A stretch of DNA of 64,000 bases from Alphaproteobacteria bacterium (GTDB taxonomy: Bacteria; Pseudomonadota; Alphaproteobacteria; GCA-2731375), in the NCBI GenBank assembly GCA_965225945.1, contig CBDDBZ010000039.1:224001-288000 (forward strand), in the 5' to 3' direction. Below are positions 1-11,124 of this stretch, in pieces. Numbering within the stretch: the stretch's first letter is position 1; each line of letters starts with the position of its first letter. The notes under the pieces were generated by a model. It was not told the DNA's origin and ran no database searches. It saw nothing but the letters and a program-made list of their open reading frames with translations. The translations under genes and the position numbers were made by a program.

Positions 1-280
1 GGGCGAGCGCCCGCTTCGCGGTCTGCGCCGCCGCCTCGGTGTTGTTGGTGTCGGTCTGGACGAAGGCGACGTCGTAGCTCCCGGGCGCCTCCAGGTTCTC
101 GGTGATCGGCACCTCGATGACCACGGGTCCGTCGACGCCGTCGAGACGGAGGCCGTCGACGCGGATCGCATGGACATGCTCGGTCCAGGTGTCGATCAGG
201 GTGACGTCGGCGCCGCTCTTGGCCATCAGGCCGCCATAGATCCCGCCCATCGCACCCGCGCCGATGACGACGATACGCAT
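1..280 (-). CDS. Ketopantoate reductase family protein (PanE/ApbA), 5' part, runs off the window
   Basis: Manual translation from ATG at 280: MRIVVIGAGAMGGIYGGLMAKSGADVTLID, a Rossmann GxGxxG start typical of PanE/ApbA; GAAGGAGGGG RBS upstream. Confidence 0.8.
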   Translation of the reverse strand, partial: MRIVVIGAGAMGGIYGGLMAKSGADVTLIDTWTEHVHAIRVDGLRLDGVDGPVVIEVPITENLEAPGSYDVAFVQTDTNNTEAAAQTAKRALA

Positions 281-578
281 TAGCTTCCCCTCCTTCTCGC
301 CCGTCCGCCCGGGATGAATGCGCCGCTCGCTCGCTGGGGGTCGAGGCTGATGAGCGAGCAGGGGCGAGTATGTTGAATCGACCGCCTGGAGGGAAGCGGC
401 GGCCGCTTCCCTCGCGCCCGCCGGGTTCGGGGCGAAGCACCGGACCATCCCCCCAAGGATCCGTGAGTGATCGTTGAGCGGACGGCGTCTCGACGATAGC
501 TCATTGATTTTTAAGGCGATCGTGGTCACTCTTGCGCCGGTCGTTTCCCGAGCGGGCGCGAGCCTGAGGAGAGTGCCG

Positions 579-1823
579 ATGGCGAGCCACAACCACATCA
601 TCTTGACCTCGCACAACCTGCCGGGCGCCAACCGCCTGCCGCCGCTCCGCTGGGGCGCGGACAATGCGAGCGAGCGCGGGCCGCTGATCGCCTCCCTCAC
701 CCACCCGAGCCAGCGCAACGTCATCGGCACGCATGGCGGCGCCTATTCGATCTACCGCGCGCTTTCCGTCGCCTCCGGGCGGCTCGACCCGTTTCACGTG
801 CCGGACCTGGCGAACACCGAACCGGCGATTGCCATCGGGCCGCATCCCCAGTGGGCGGAGGCGGACAAGATCGTGGCGCTCGACCCCTATGGCCACGCCA
901 TCGGCGAGGCCTTTCGCGGGGAGTTGGCGGACGGCATGGATATCCGCCCGACCATCGCCGTCACCCGGGCCCGCCTGAACTTGGCCGAAATCGGCGAGGC
1001 GATGGTGGCCGGTCGCCTCGTTCCCGACGGCGAGGTGCTGAACGCGGGCGGCGAGATTTCGGTGGTGAAGATCGCAATCGATCCGGTCTGGTATCTGCCG
1101 GGGATCGCGCGCCGCTTCGAGGTCGAGGTGAACCAGCTTCGCCATCAACTGTTCGAACAAACGGCCGGGATGTTCCCGGAGCTGGTGACGCGCCCGGACT
1201 TGGATGTCTTCCTGCCGCCGATCGGCGGCCACACGGTCTACATCCTGGGCGACCCGGCGGCGCTGGCGGACCCGGCGCGCGAAGTCGCCTGCCGGGTGCA
1301 TGACGAATGCAACGGCTCGGACGTCTTCGGCTCCGATATCTGCACCTGCCGGCCCTATCTGGCGCACGGCGTCGAGATCGCGATTCTGACCGCGCAGGCC
1401 GGCGGCGCCGGCCTGATCATCTACAACCGCAAGGAAGGCCGTGCGCTCGGCGAGGTCACCAAGTTCCTGGTCTACAACGCCCGCAAGCGCCAGGAGGGCG
1501 GGGATTCCGCCGCCACCTATTTCGAGCGGACGGAATGTGTCGCCGGCGTGCAGGACGCCCGCTTCCAGGAGCTGATGCCAGACGTGCTGCACTGGCTCGG
1601 CGTCGCGCGGATCGACCGCTTCGCCTCGATGAGCGATCTGAAGCACGACGCGCTGGTCGCCTCCGGCATCGAAATCGGCGAGCGGTTGTCGATCCCCGAC
1701 GCGCTGATCCCGGAGGATGCACGGGTCGAAATGGCGGCCAAGCAGGCCTCCGGCTATTACCGCGCGGAGGCCGCCGCGAGCGAGGATGGGCGCATCGCGG
1801 TCAAGCGGCGCGGGCTCGATTGA
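579..1823 (+). CDS. URC1/Urg1-type GTP cyclohydrolase II family protein
   Basis: HIILTSH and RNVIGTHGGAYSIYRAL N-terminal extension; RVHDECNGSDVFGSDICTCRPYL and RKEGRALGEVTK GCH-II motifs. Confidence 0.9.
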   Translation: MASHNHIILTSHNLPGANRLPPLRWGADNASERGPLIASLTHPSQRNVIGTHGGAYSIYRALSVASGRLDPFHVPDLANTEPAIAIGPHPQWAEADKIVALDPYGHAIGEAFRGELADGMDIRPTIAVTRARLNLAEIGEAMVAGRLVPDGEVLNAGGEISVVKIAIDPVWYLPGIARRFEVEVNQLRHQLFEQTAGMFPELVTRPDLDVFLPPIGGHTVYILGDPAALADPAREVACRVHDECNGSDVFGSDICTCRPYLAHGVEIAILTAQAGGAGLIIYNRKEGRALGEVTKFLVYNARKRQEGGDSAATYFERTECVAGVQDARFQELMPDVLHWLGVARIDRFASMSDLKHDALVASGIEIGERLSIPDALIPEDARVEMAAKQASGYYRAEAAASEDGRIAVKRRGLD

Positions 1824-3052
1824 GCCGCGCTTCACCCGAGCCGTCGGCGACGCTTCGAAGGCTGTTGACGCCGGAGGCCGTGCGCGCGCGGGCGGCCGAT
1901 ATGCTGGCGTTGGCGGAGGCGGACGCGCTGCCGCACTTCCACTTCGAGGCCGCGCGCCTACCGGCGGCGGTTGCCGCCGTGCTCGACGAGACGCGGCGGA
2001 ACTACCCCGACCTCGAGGTGCCGCTGCACAGCCGCTGGCGCCATTTTATGCTTTTCGGTCGTGACCTGTGGGCCGAACGGCGCGCGCTCTGGTCGGAACT
2101 CGACGGCGACGAGCTGGCCCGAACTCGATTCGAGCTGGCGATCGTCTCGGTGCTGCTGGACGCGGGCGCCGGGGCCGATTGGCGTTTCCACGATGACGCC
2201 ACCGGCGCCACGCTCGCCCGCTCCGAGGGGCTCGCCGTCGCCAGCTTGCGCATGTTCGAGGCGGGCCTCTTCGCCGCCGATTCCGCGGCTCCCTGGCGGG
2301 CCGACGCGGCGGCGCTTCGCGGCCTGAGGGCGGGCGCGCTCGCCACCGGCTTCCAGGCCGACACGGGCAATCCCCTGGTCGGCCTCGGCGCTCGCGCCGC
2401 CCTGCTTCGGGCCCTCGGCGGCCGAATCGCGGCGTTGCCCGAGTTCCAGGCGTCGGGGGGCGCGCGCCTCGGCCGCCTCTTCGATCTGCTGCGCGAGCGG
2501 CGAAACGCGGCCGGCGCCTTGCCGGCACGCGAGATCCTGCTCCTGATATTAAACTTGATGAACCCGATCTGGCCCTCGGGCCTCACGCTCGACGGGCAGG
2601 CATTGGGCGACGTCGGCCGGCACAAAAGCCTCTCCGGCGATCGGCTAGTGCCCTTCCACAAGCTTTCCCAATGGCTCGCCTATTCGCTGGTGGAGCCGCT
2701 TCGCGAGGCGGGCGTCGAGGTGGTGGACCTGGACGGCCTCACCGGCCTGGCGGAATACCGCAACGGCGGCCTCTTTATCGATACCGGCGTGTTGGTCCCC
2801 CGGAACCCGGAACTGGCGGGCCGGCGCCACGCGCCCGGCGACGAGCCGATCGTCGAATGGCGGGCCCTGACCGTGGCGCTGTTGGACCGATTGGCGATTG
2901 CGGTTCGCGCGCAACTGGGCGAGGCTGGCGCGAAATTGCCGCTCGGCGCCATCTTGCAAGGCGGCACCTGGTCGGCCGGCCGGCGCCTGGCGGCCGAACT
3001 TCGGGGCGGCCGCCCGCCCTTGGAGATCGACAGCGACGGCACCGTCTTCTAA
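1820..3052 (+). CDS. URC4/Urg3 family protein (DUF1688)
   Basis: [49 protein letters not shown] and IDSDGTVF motifs; TTG start overlaps the upstream stop. Confidence 0.88.
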   Translation: MSRASPEPSATLRRLLTPEAVRARAADMLALAEADALPHFHFEAARLPAAVAAVLDETRRNYPDLEVPLHSRWRHFMLFGRDLWAERRALWSELDGDELARTRFELAIVSVLLDAGAGADWRFHDDATGATLARSEGLAVASLRMFEAGLFAADSAAPWRADAAALRGLRAGALATGFQADTGNPLVGLGARAALLRALGGRIAALPEFQASGGARLGRLFDLLRERRNAAGALPAREILLLILNLMNPIWPSGLTLDGQALGDVGRHKSLSGDRLVPFHKLSQWLAYSLVEPLREAGVEVVDLDGLTGLAEYRNGGLFIDTGVLVPRNPELAGRRHAPGDEPIVEWRALTVALLDRLAIAVRAQLGEAGAKLPLGAILQGGTWSAGRRLAAELRGGRPPLEIDSDGTVF

Positions 3053-3080
3053 AATGCGAGCAACAGCGAGGCACGCGGGC

Positions 3081-3713
3081 ATGCATCCGAACGTCACGGT
3101 CGTCGACCATCCCTTGATCCAGCACAAGCTGACCCTGATGCGCCAGGCCGACACGTCGATCGCGCTGTTTCGCCAGCTGCTGAAGGAGATCAGCCTGCTG
3201 CTCGCCTATGAGGTGACCCGCGATCTGGAGACCACCGAGGTCGAGATCAAAACTCCGCTGGAGACCATGTCCGCCCGCCAACTCGAGGGCAAGAAGCTCT
3301 GCCTGGTCTCGATCCTCAGGGCCGGCAACGGCCTGCTCGACGGCATGTTGGACCTGGTGCCGCTGGCCCGCGTCGCCCATATCGGGCTCTATCGCGATCC
3401 CCAGACGCTGGTGCCCGTCGAGTATTACTTCAAGACCCCCGACGACATGGCCCGGCGCGACGTAATCGTCGTCGACCCGATGCTGGCCACCGGCAATTCG
3501 GCGATCGCCGCCGTGCACCGGATCAAGGATGTCGGCGCCGAGCGCATCAAGTTCGTCTGCCTGCTGGCGGCGCCCGAGGGGCTCGCCGCCTTCACCTCGG
3601 CCCACGCCGACGTGCCGGTCCACACCGCGGCCATCGATCGCGAGCTGAACGATCACGGCTACATCCTGCCCGGTCTCGGCGATGCCGGCGATCGGATGTA
3701 CGGCACGAAGTGA
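3081..3713 (+). CDS. upp: Uracil phosphoribosyltransferase
   Basis: [24 protein letters not shown] and [12 protein letters not shown] motifs. Confidence 0.96.
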   Translation: MHPNVTVVDHPLIQHKLTLMRQADTSIALFRQLLKEISLLLAYEVTRDLETTEVEIKTPLETMSARQLEGKKLCLVSILRAGNGLLDGMLDLVPLARVAHIGLYRDPQTLVPVEYYFKTPDDMARRDVIVVDPMLATGNSAIAAVHRIKDVGAERIKFVCLLAAPEGLAAFTSAHADVPVHTAAIDRELNDHGYILPGLGDAGDRMYGTK

Positions 3714-3808
3714 GATCGCCGTCGCGGACGGCGCCTCGGCTTGACAGCCTCCCGCGCCCCCGCCACTAACGGCCGCACCGAATTCGGCGAGGAGGGGGTC
3801 GATCGACG

Positions 3809-4750
3809 ATGACGAGAGCGTTCGTCTTTCCGGGTCAGGGATCGCAAGCGGTCGGTATGGGCAAGGCGCTGGCGGCGGCGTTGCCGACGGCGCGGCTGGT
3901 TTTCGAGGAGGTCGACGACGCGTTGAGCCTGGGCCTCTCGCGCCTCATGTTCGAGGGGCCGGAGGACGAATTGGTGCTGACCGCCAATGCGCAACCGGCG
4001 CTGATGGCGATGAGCCTGGCGGTCGCGCGGGTGCTGCGGGACGACGCCGGCATCGACATGGCGAGCCAGGTCCGTTTCGTCGCCGGCCATTCGGTCGGTG
4101 AGTATTCCGCCCTCTGCGCCGCCGGGGCGCTGCCGTTGGGCGTCACGGCACGACTGCTGCGTCGCCGTGGCGAGGCGATGCAGGAAGCCGTACCCGTCGG
4201 CGTCGGCGCGATGGCGGCGTTGCTGGGGCTCGAGCTCGCGGTGGCGCGCGAGGTCGCGGCCGAGGCGGCGGGCGAGCAGGTTTGCGATCCCGCCAACGAC
4301 AACGCGCCCGGTCAGCTCGTGGTCAGCGGCAACGTCGAGGCCGTGGAGCGGGCGATGGAGCTGGCCAAGGATCGTGGTAGCCGCCGTTCGATCCTGCTGC
4401 CGGTGAGCGCGCCCTTCCACTGCGCCCTGATGCGCCCCGCCCAGGAGGTCATGGCCGAGGCCTTGGCCGAGACCGAGATCGCCCGCCCGTGCGTGCCGCT
4501 GATCGCCAACGTCGGCGCCGAGCCGGTGGAGGCACCCGAGACCATCCGCGAATTGCTGGTCGAGCAGGTGACGGCGCTGGTCCGTTGGCGGGAGAGCGTC
4601 TTGTGGATGCGGGATGAGGGTGTCGACCATCTGGTCGAGCTCGGCGCCGGCAAGATCCTGTGCGGCCTGGTCCGACGCATCGACCGGGAGATGACCGCGA
4701 CCGCGATCTCCGCGCCCGAGGACATCGATGCCTTCGTGAAGACGCTTTGA
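3809..4750 (+). CDS. fabD: Malonyl-CoA:ACP transacylase
   Basis: FPGQGSQ, GHSVGEYSA and VSAPFH motifs; fab operon position. Confidence 0.97.
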   Translation: MTRAFVFPGQGSQAVGMGKALAAALPTARLVFEEVDDALSLGLSRLMFEGPEDELVLTANAQPALMAMSLAVARVLRDDAGIDMASQVRFVAGHSVGEYSALCAAGALPLGVTARLLRRRGEAMQEAVPVGVGAMAALLGLELAVAREVAAEAAGEQVCDPANDNAPGQLVVSGNVEAVERAMELAKDRGSRRSILLPVSAPFHCALMRPAQEVMAEALAETEIARPCVPLIANVGAEPVEAPETIRELLVEQVTALVRWRESVLWMRDEGVDHLVELGAGKILCGLVRRIDREMTATAISAPEDIDAFVKTL

Positions 4751-4778
4751 TTCCATCGGCGCCGGAGGGGACTGGACG

Positions 4779-5519
4779 ATGTTCGATCTTAGTGGCAGGC
4801 GGGCGCTGGTCACCGGCGCCAGCGGCGGCATCGGCCAGGGGATCGCCCGGGCCTTGCATGATCTCGGCGGGTCGGTCGGGCTGACCGGCACGCGGAGCGA
4901 GGTGCTGGAGGCCTTGGCGGCGGAACTCGGCGAACGCGCCCGAGCCGTCGCTTGCGACCTTTCCGATCTGGCGGCGACGGAAACCTTGATCGGGGCGGCG
5001 GAGGCCGCGCTCGGCGGCGGGGTCGACATCCTGGTCAACAATGCCGGTATCACCCGGGACAATCTGGCGCTGCGCTTGAAGGAGGCGGATTGGGAGGCGG
5101 TCTGGCAGGTCAACCTGATGTCGGCGGCGCGGCTTTCGCGCCTGGCACTTCGAGGCATGATGCGCGGGCGCTTCGGCCGCATCGTCAACATCACCTCGAT
5201 CGTCGCCGTCACCGGCAGTCCCGGGCAGACCAACTACGCCGCCACCAAGGGCGCGATGATCGCGATGTCGAAGTCGCTGGCGCAAGAGGTCGCGAGCCGG
5301 GGCATTACCGTCAACTGCGTCGCGCCGGGCTTCATCGAATCGCCCATGACCGACGCGATGGCCGAGGATCGCCGCGCGCAACTTCTGGCCCGAGTGCCGC
5401 TTGGCCGTCTCGGCCTCGCCGCCGACGTCGCCGCCTGCGTCGCCTTCCTGGCCAGCGACGAGGCCGCCTACGTCACCGGGCAAACGCTGCACGTGAACGG
5501 CGGAATGGCGATGATTTGA
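4779..5519 (+). CDS. fabG: 3-oxoacyl-ACP reductase
   Basis: [21 protein letters not shown] and [10 protein letters not shown] motifs. Confidence 0.96.
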   Translation: MFDLSGRRALVTGASGGIGQGIARALHDLGGSVGLTGTRSEVLEALAAELGERARAVACDLSDLAATETLIGAAEAALGGGVDILVNNAGITRDNLALRLKEADWEAVWQVNLMSAARLSRLALRGMMRGRFGRIVNITSIVAVTGSPGQTNYAATKGAMIAMSKSLAQEVASRGITVNCVAPGFIESPMTDAMAEDRRAQLLARVPLGRLGLAADVAACVAFLASDEAAYVTGQTLHVNGGMAMI

Positions 5520-5724
5520 GGCCACATGGGCGCCCTCCCCGATGCGCTTCCATTGCCCGACCAAGGCTTTGCAAGGCTCACGGGGATATGCTAGGAAGCC
5601 TCGCTTTTCGGGGCCTGATCGTCACGGTGACCGGTCGAGTGCCAGAGAACGAATCATCCGGGCGAATTGCCGATTCAGCGGTGTATCGGCGCAAAAGCCA
5701 GCCGTGAGCGCGAGAGGACAGTTA

Positions 5725-5961
5725 ATGAGCGACATTTCCGGGCGCGTTAAGAAAATCGTCGTCGAGCACCTCGGGGTCGAGGAAGACAAGGTCGTCGACG
5801 GTGCCAGTTTCATCGACAATCTGGGCGCCGACAGCCTCGATACCGTCGAGTTGGTCATGGCCTTCGAGGAGGAGTTCGGGGTCGAGATCCCCGACGATGC
5901 CGCGGAAAAAATCCTGACGGTGAGCGACGCCATTAAGTTCATCGAGGAGAACGGCTCCTAG
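5725..5961 (+). CDS. acpP: Acyl carrier protein
   Basis: [19 protein letters not shown]; GAGAGGA RBS. Confidence 0.97.
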   Translation: MSDISGRVKKIVVEHLGVEEDKVVDGASFIDNLGADSLDTVELVMAFEEEFGVEIPDDAAEKILTVSDAIKFIEENGS

Positions 5962-6000
5962 GCGACGGCGCGGTTCTTTAGGCGGTCGGAGGGAGTCGTC

Positions 6001-7263
<1,263 letters not shown>

Positions 7264-7276
7264 CGGCGGTCGGCCG

Positions 7277-8287
7277 ATGGTACGCCGCGTCTTTTCGGTC
7301 TTCCTGCTGGGCTTCTTCCTGGTCGTCGCCAGCTTGGCGGCGATCGCCTTCTGGGGCTACGGCCAGTTCACCAAGCCCGGCCCGACGACCCACGACGCGA
7401 CGGTGATCCTGGCGCGCGGCTCCGGCGTCGCCGGGATCGCGCGCCGGCTGCTCGATGCCGGCGTCATCACCGATGCCGACATCTTTCGCTTCGGCGTCCG
7501 CGCGATGGGCGCCGGTCGTCACCTGAAGGCGGGCGAATATCGGGTGCCGTCGGGTGCCAGCATGCGCGAGGTGGTGGAGCTGCTGCGCTCCGGCCGCACC
7601 GTGATCCGCCGCCTGACGGTGCCCGAGGGGCTGACCACGGCGGAGGTCCTGGCCCTCCTCGAGCGGGCCGAGGGCCTGGTCGGCGCGGTGCCGAAGTTCG
7701 AGCAAGGCCGGCTGCTGCCGGAGACCTATCACTATCAATACGGCGACTCGCGGGCCGAGCTCGCCTCGCGGATGGCGAAGGCGATGGATCAGGCGCTGCT
7801 CGACGTCTGGGCCAAGCGGGACTCGGAATTGGTGTTGAAAACGCCGGCCGAGGTCCTGACGCTCGCCTCGATCATCGAGAAGGAAACCGGCGTGGCCGGC
7901 GAGCGGGCCCATATCGCCGGCGTCTTCGCCAACCGCCTGAGGCGCGGCATGCTGCTGCAATCGGATCCGACCGTCGTCTATGCGCTGACCGACGGGACGG
8001 GTCCCTTAGGACGTCCGCTCGTCGGTGCGGACCTCGACGTGCCGAATCCCTTCAACACCTACCTGCTCGTGGGCCTGCCGCCCGGACCGATCGCCAATCC
8101 CGGTCGCGCCGCGCTGGAGGCGGCGGCGAAGCCGCTCGCGACCCGGGATCTCTATTTCGTCGCCGATGGCACCGGCGGTCACGCCTTCGCGCCCACCTAC
8201 GAGGCGCACCTCGAGAATGTCCGGCGCTGGCGGCGCCTCCGGGTCGACGCGGAGGCGCCGGCGAGCGGTGGGGGCGCGCGGCAATGA
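7277..8287 (+). CDS. mltG: Endolytic transglycosylase MltG
   Basis: N-terminal TM; LASIIEKET, LQSDPTV, GLPPGPIANPG and LYFVADGTGGH motifs; conserved position after fabF. Confidence 0.95.
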   Translation: MVRRVFSVFLLGFFLVVASLAAIAFWGYGQFTKPGPTTHDATVILARGSGVAGIARRLLDAGVITDADIFRFGVRAMGAGRHLKAGEYRVPSGASMREVVELLRSGRTVIRRLTVPEGLTTAEVLALLERAEGLVGAVPKFEQGRLLPETYHYQYGDSRAELASRMAKAMDQALLDVWAKRDSELVLKTPAEVLTLASIIEKETGVAGERAHIAGVFANRLRRGMLLQSDPTVVYALTDGTGPLGRPLVGADLDVPNPFNTYLLVGLPPGPIANPGRAALEAAAKPLATRDLYFVADGTGGHAFAPTYEAHLENVRRWRRLRVDAEAPASGGGARQ

Positions 8288-8364
8288 GGGCCGACGTATC
8301 ACCTCCACCTCTTCGCCCGGGCATAGCCACGCGGGCGAATCGCGTTCCAATGGGGGGAAGAGCA

Positions 8365-8544
8365 ATGGCCCTCGAGATGAAATCGGCCTGTGAGCGCTGC
8401 GAGGCTTCGACCGAGGGGCAAGCGGAGGCGCGGATCTGTTCCTTGGAATGCACCTTTTGTCCGCCGTGCGCCGAGGCGATGTCCGATATCTGCCCGAACT
8501 GCGGCGGCGAGCTGGTGCGACGGCCCCGGCGCGCCCCGCCATGA
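8365..8544 (+). CDS. DUF1272-like small Cys-rich (zinc-binding) protein
   Basis: MALEMKSACERC...ICSLECTFCPPCA...CPNCGGELVRRPRR. Confidence 0.8.
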   Translation: MALEMKSACERCEASTEGQAEARICSLECTFCPPCAEAMSDICPNCGGELVRRPRRAPP

Positions 8545-8596
8545 CCGTCGAGAAGCTCCGCGTCGGCGCTATCGACATCGCCCACCGCTGGGAAGG

Positions 8597-9869
8597 TCAT
8601 CCGATCGACGGCCAGGCGGGCGCATGGGTGCCGAGCGGGACGGAGGGTCGTTGCCAGCCGGCCGGGGTGGCGGAAAGCCGCGCCGCGTGGCGCACGGCGC
8701 TCAGTGCGCCGAAACCGCTCGCGGTGGTTTCCAAGAGATCCGAGATCTCCTCGCGCGCCGGGGTCGCCCGGGAGAAACCGTCGTCGAGCCGCCCGAGCTC
8801 GCGCAGCCAGCGACCGGTGCGGGCCAGTGCCACGCGGATCTGCCAGCTCCCGCCTTCGCGCCTCCGCCGCGCCAGCGCCATGGTCGCGCCGAAGGCCATC
8901 AGATAACCCGAGGCGTGATCGAGCGCCTGGCAAGGGAGCGGCTTTGGTCCCTCGACGCCGGCGGCCCGCGCCTCCTCGAGGTTGATGCCACTCGCCGTCT
9001 GCACGATCGAATCGAAGCCCCGCCGGTCCCGCCACGGCCCCTCGTGTCCATAGGCGGAGAGCGAAACGTAGACAATTCCGGGCCGAATCGCCGCTGCCCG
9101 CTCGGGCGAGAGGCCGAGCCCGGCGATGGCGCCCGGACGGTAGCCCTGGACAAGGACGTCGGCATCCCCGAGCAGTTCCTCGATCCGCGCGCGCCCGGCG
9201 GGATTCCGCAGGTCGAGTTCGCAACTGAGCTTGCCGCGCCCGGTGTCGATCACCAGCCGCGCCACCATGGGCAGGTGGCGGCTCGTCACCAGCAGGACGT
9301 CGGCGCCGTGCGCGGCCAGGCATCGCCCGCAGACCGGCCCGGCCTTGGGGATGGGCGTCCCACTCGGCGAAGGAGCGCATCATCGAGGCGATCGCGCCGC
9401 GTTTCGCGACGGCGTCCTCGAAGTCCCCGGCCCGCCACCCGGCGAGGGCGTTGGCCACCGGCTCGCGCGCGTGGTCGCAGTCCAGAATGTCCAGAATGCC
9501 GTCTCGATGGTGCGGGAAATTGGTGTGGATGCGAACCCAGCGACCATCGCCGCACTGATAGGTTCCGGCGATCCGATCCCAGAGCTCGGCCGCCGGGCCG
9601 CCGTCGAGGCGGAAATATCGCTCGCTTAGGAACTCGGCCGCCGCGTGCCGCATGGCGACCGCGACGCGTTGCGCCGGGCCGCCACGCGCCCGGTGCAGCT
9701 CGGCGGCGGCCAAGCCGGCCGCCGCGATTGTCGTCTGGGCTGCCAGGCCGACCCGGAAGGAGGAGGGAAGTGCGGGCTCCGCGCCGTCGAGATCGACGCG
9801 ATCGATGGCCGACCTGTCACCGCCGGCAAGCTTCCAGAGGTCCGACAGGACAGCTTCGGCCGTCTTCAT
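8597..9869 (-). pseudogene. CaiB/BaiF family CoA transferase, frameshifted by an internal deletion
   Basis: N-half (LPSSFRVG...WDAHPQGRA) joins out of frame near 9340 to AGPVCGRCLAAHGADVL...DTGRGK...QGYRPG; the usual 'RVLDLTRVI' segment is absent; IS5 is inserted a few bp upstream of the ATG. Confidence 0.8.
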
Positions 9870-9875
9870 GGTCTA

Positions 9876-10716
9876 GGTCGTGTACTCATAAAGTGATTCC
9901 CTTTTTGGGGCAAATGTGATTCAAGCTTCCAAACTGTGGGAGCTGGATCATGGGTGGACGTTACGATCTGACGGATTTTGAGTGGTCGGTGATTGCGCCG
10001 CTGTTGCCGAACAAGCCGCGGGGTGTGCCGCGGGTGGACGACCGGCGGGTTCTGAACGGGATTTTCTGGATCTTGCGCTCGGGTGCGCCGTGGCGCGACC
10101 TGCCGGAGCGCTACGGGCCCTACACGACCTGCTAGAACCGCTTCAACCGCTGGCGCAAGGCCGGTGTCTGGGACCGGTTGATGGACGCCATCGTCCAGGC
10201 CTATGACGGCAACGTGCAGATGATCGATAGCACGAGCGTGCGGGTGCATCAGCACGCGGCAGGGGCAAAAAAAACGCCGGAGATCGTTGCATGGGTCGTA
10301 GCCGAGGTGGATTGACGACCAAGATCCATGCCCTGGTCGATGCCCAGGGCCTGCCGTTCCGCTTCGACCTCACGCCCGGCCAGGCGCACGACAGTCAGGC
10401 CGCGCCGACGCTTTTGGAGGCGCTTCAGCCGGACTGCTTCGTGCTCGCCGACAAGGCCTACGAGAGCGATGAGATCAGGCAACTGATCGAGGATCAGGAC
10501 GCTGCCGCCAACATCCCCGATCGCAGCAATCGCAAGCCGCGCCACGCCTTCAGCCCGACGCTCTAGCGCGAGCGCAACCGAGTCGAGCGCTTCTTCAACC
10601 GGCTCAAGCACTGCCGGCGCATCGCGACACGCTACGAAAAGCTCGCCGCCAACTATCTCGCCATGATCAAGCTCGCCGCCATCCGCATCTGGTTGCGAGC
10701 TAATGAGTCCACGACC
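9876..10716 (+). mobile_element. IS5 family (IS427-like) insertion sequence; two-ORF transposase with two in-frame TAG codons
   Basis: IRs GGTCGTGTACTCAT / ATGAGTCCACGACC in CTAG context on both sides; orfA from 9950 (RYDLTDFEW...WRDLPERYG); A-run near 10267 as likely -1 frameshift; orfB GRSRGGLTTKIH...RNRVERFFNRLK; TAG at 10133 and 10564. Confidence 0.92.
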
Positions 10717-10932
10717 TAGACACCCGTCGCTCAGGTCAGAACGTCGCCCTCGACATCAATAGGCATGATTCACGTTAGTTTCACGCTAGCACCGCTATCT
10801 GCACCGCCGTCGCCGGCTCCACTTCCGCCGCCATGTGCCGCGCGAGGTGATGGGCTGAGTGGGAAGCAGTCCCTCGGCTTCGCCCGGGGGTATTTTTCTC
10901 CGGGTTGATAGCGAGACCATCGGCGCGCCAAG

Positions 10933-11110
10933 TCAAACCAACGCGTCGGGCATCGAGTCCTTGCGTTTGCGCATGAAGGCTTGCAGCGCCTCGTCGATTC
11001 CCGGGTCGAGCGGCGGGGCAACGTATTCCTGGAGCCGCCGCTTCCAGAGCGCGCTCGGCCCGCCTGGCGGCGGCGGCACCGCCGCGTCCGCGTCTCGCCG
11101 ATTTCGCCAT
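10933..11110 (-). pseudogene. Trimethylamine methyltransferase (MttB-family) remnant with most of the gene deleted
   Basis: N-terminus MAKSARRGRGGAAAARRAERA joined out of frame to the typical MttB C-terminus LWKRRLQEYVAPPLDPGIDEALQAFMRKRKDSMPDA*; directly downstream of a GcvT-family gene. Confidence 0.7.
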
Positions 11111-11124
11111 CGCTCCGCCCTCCC

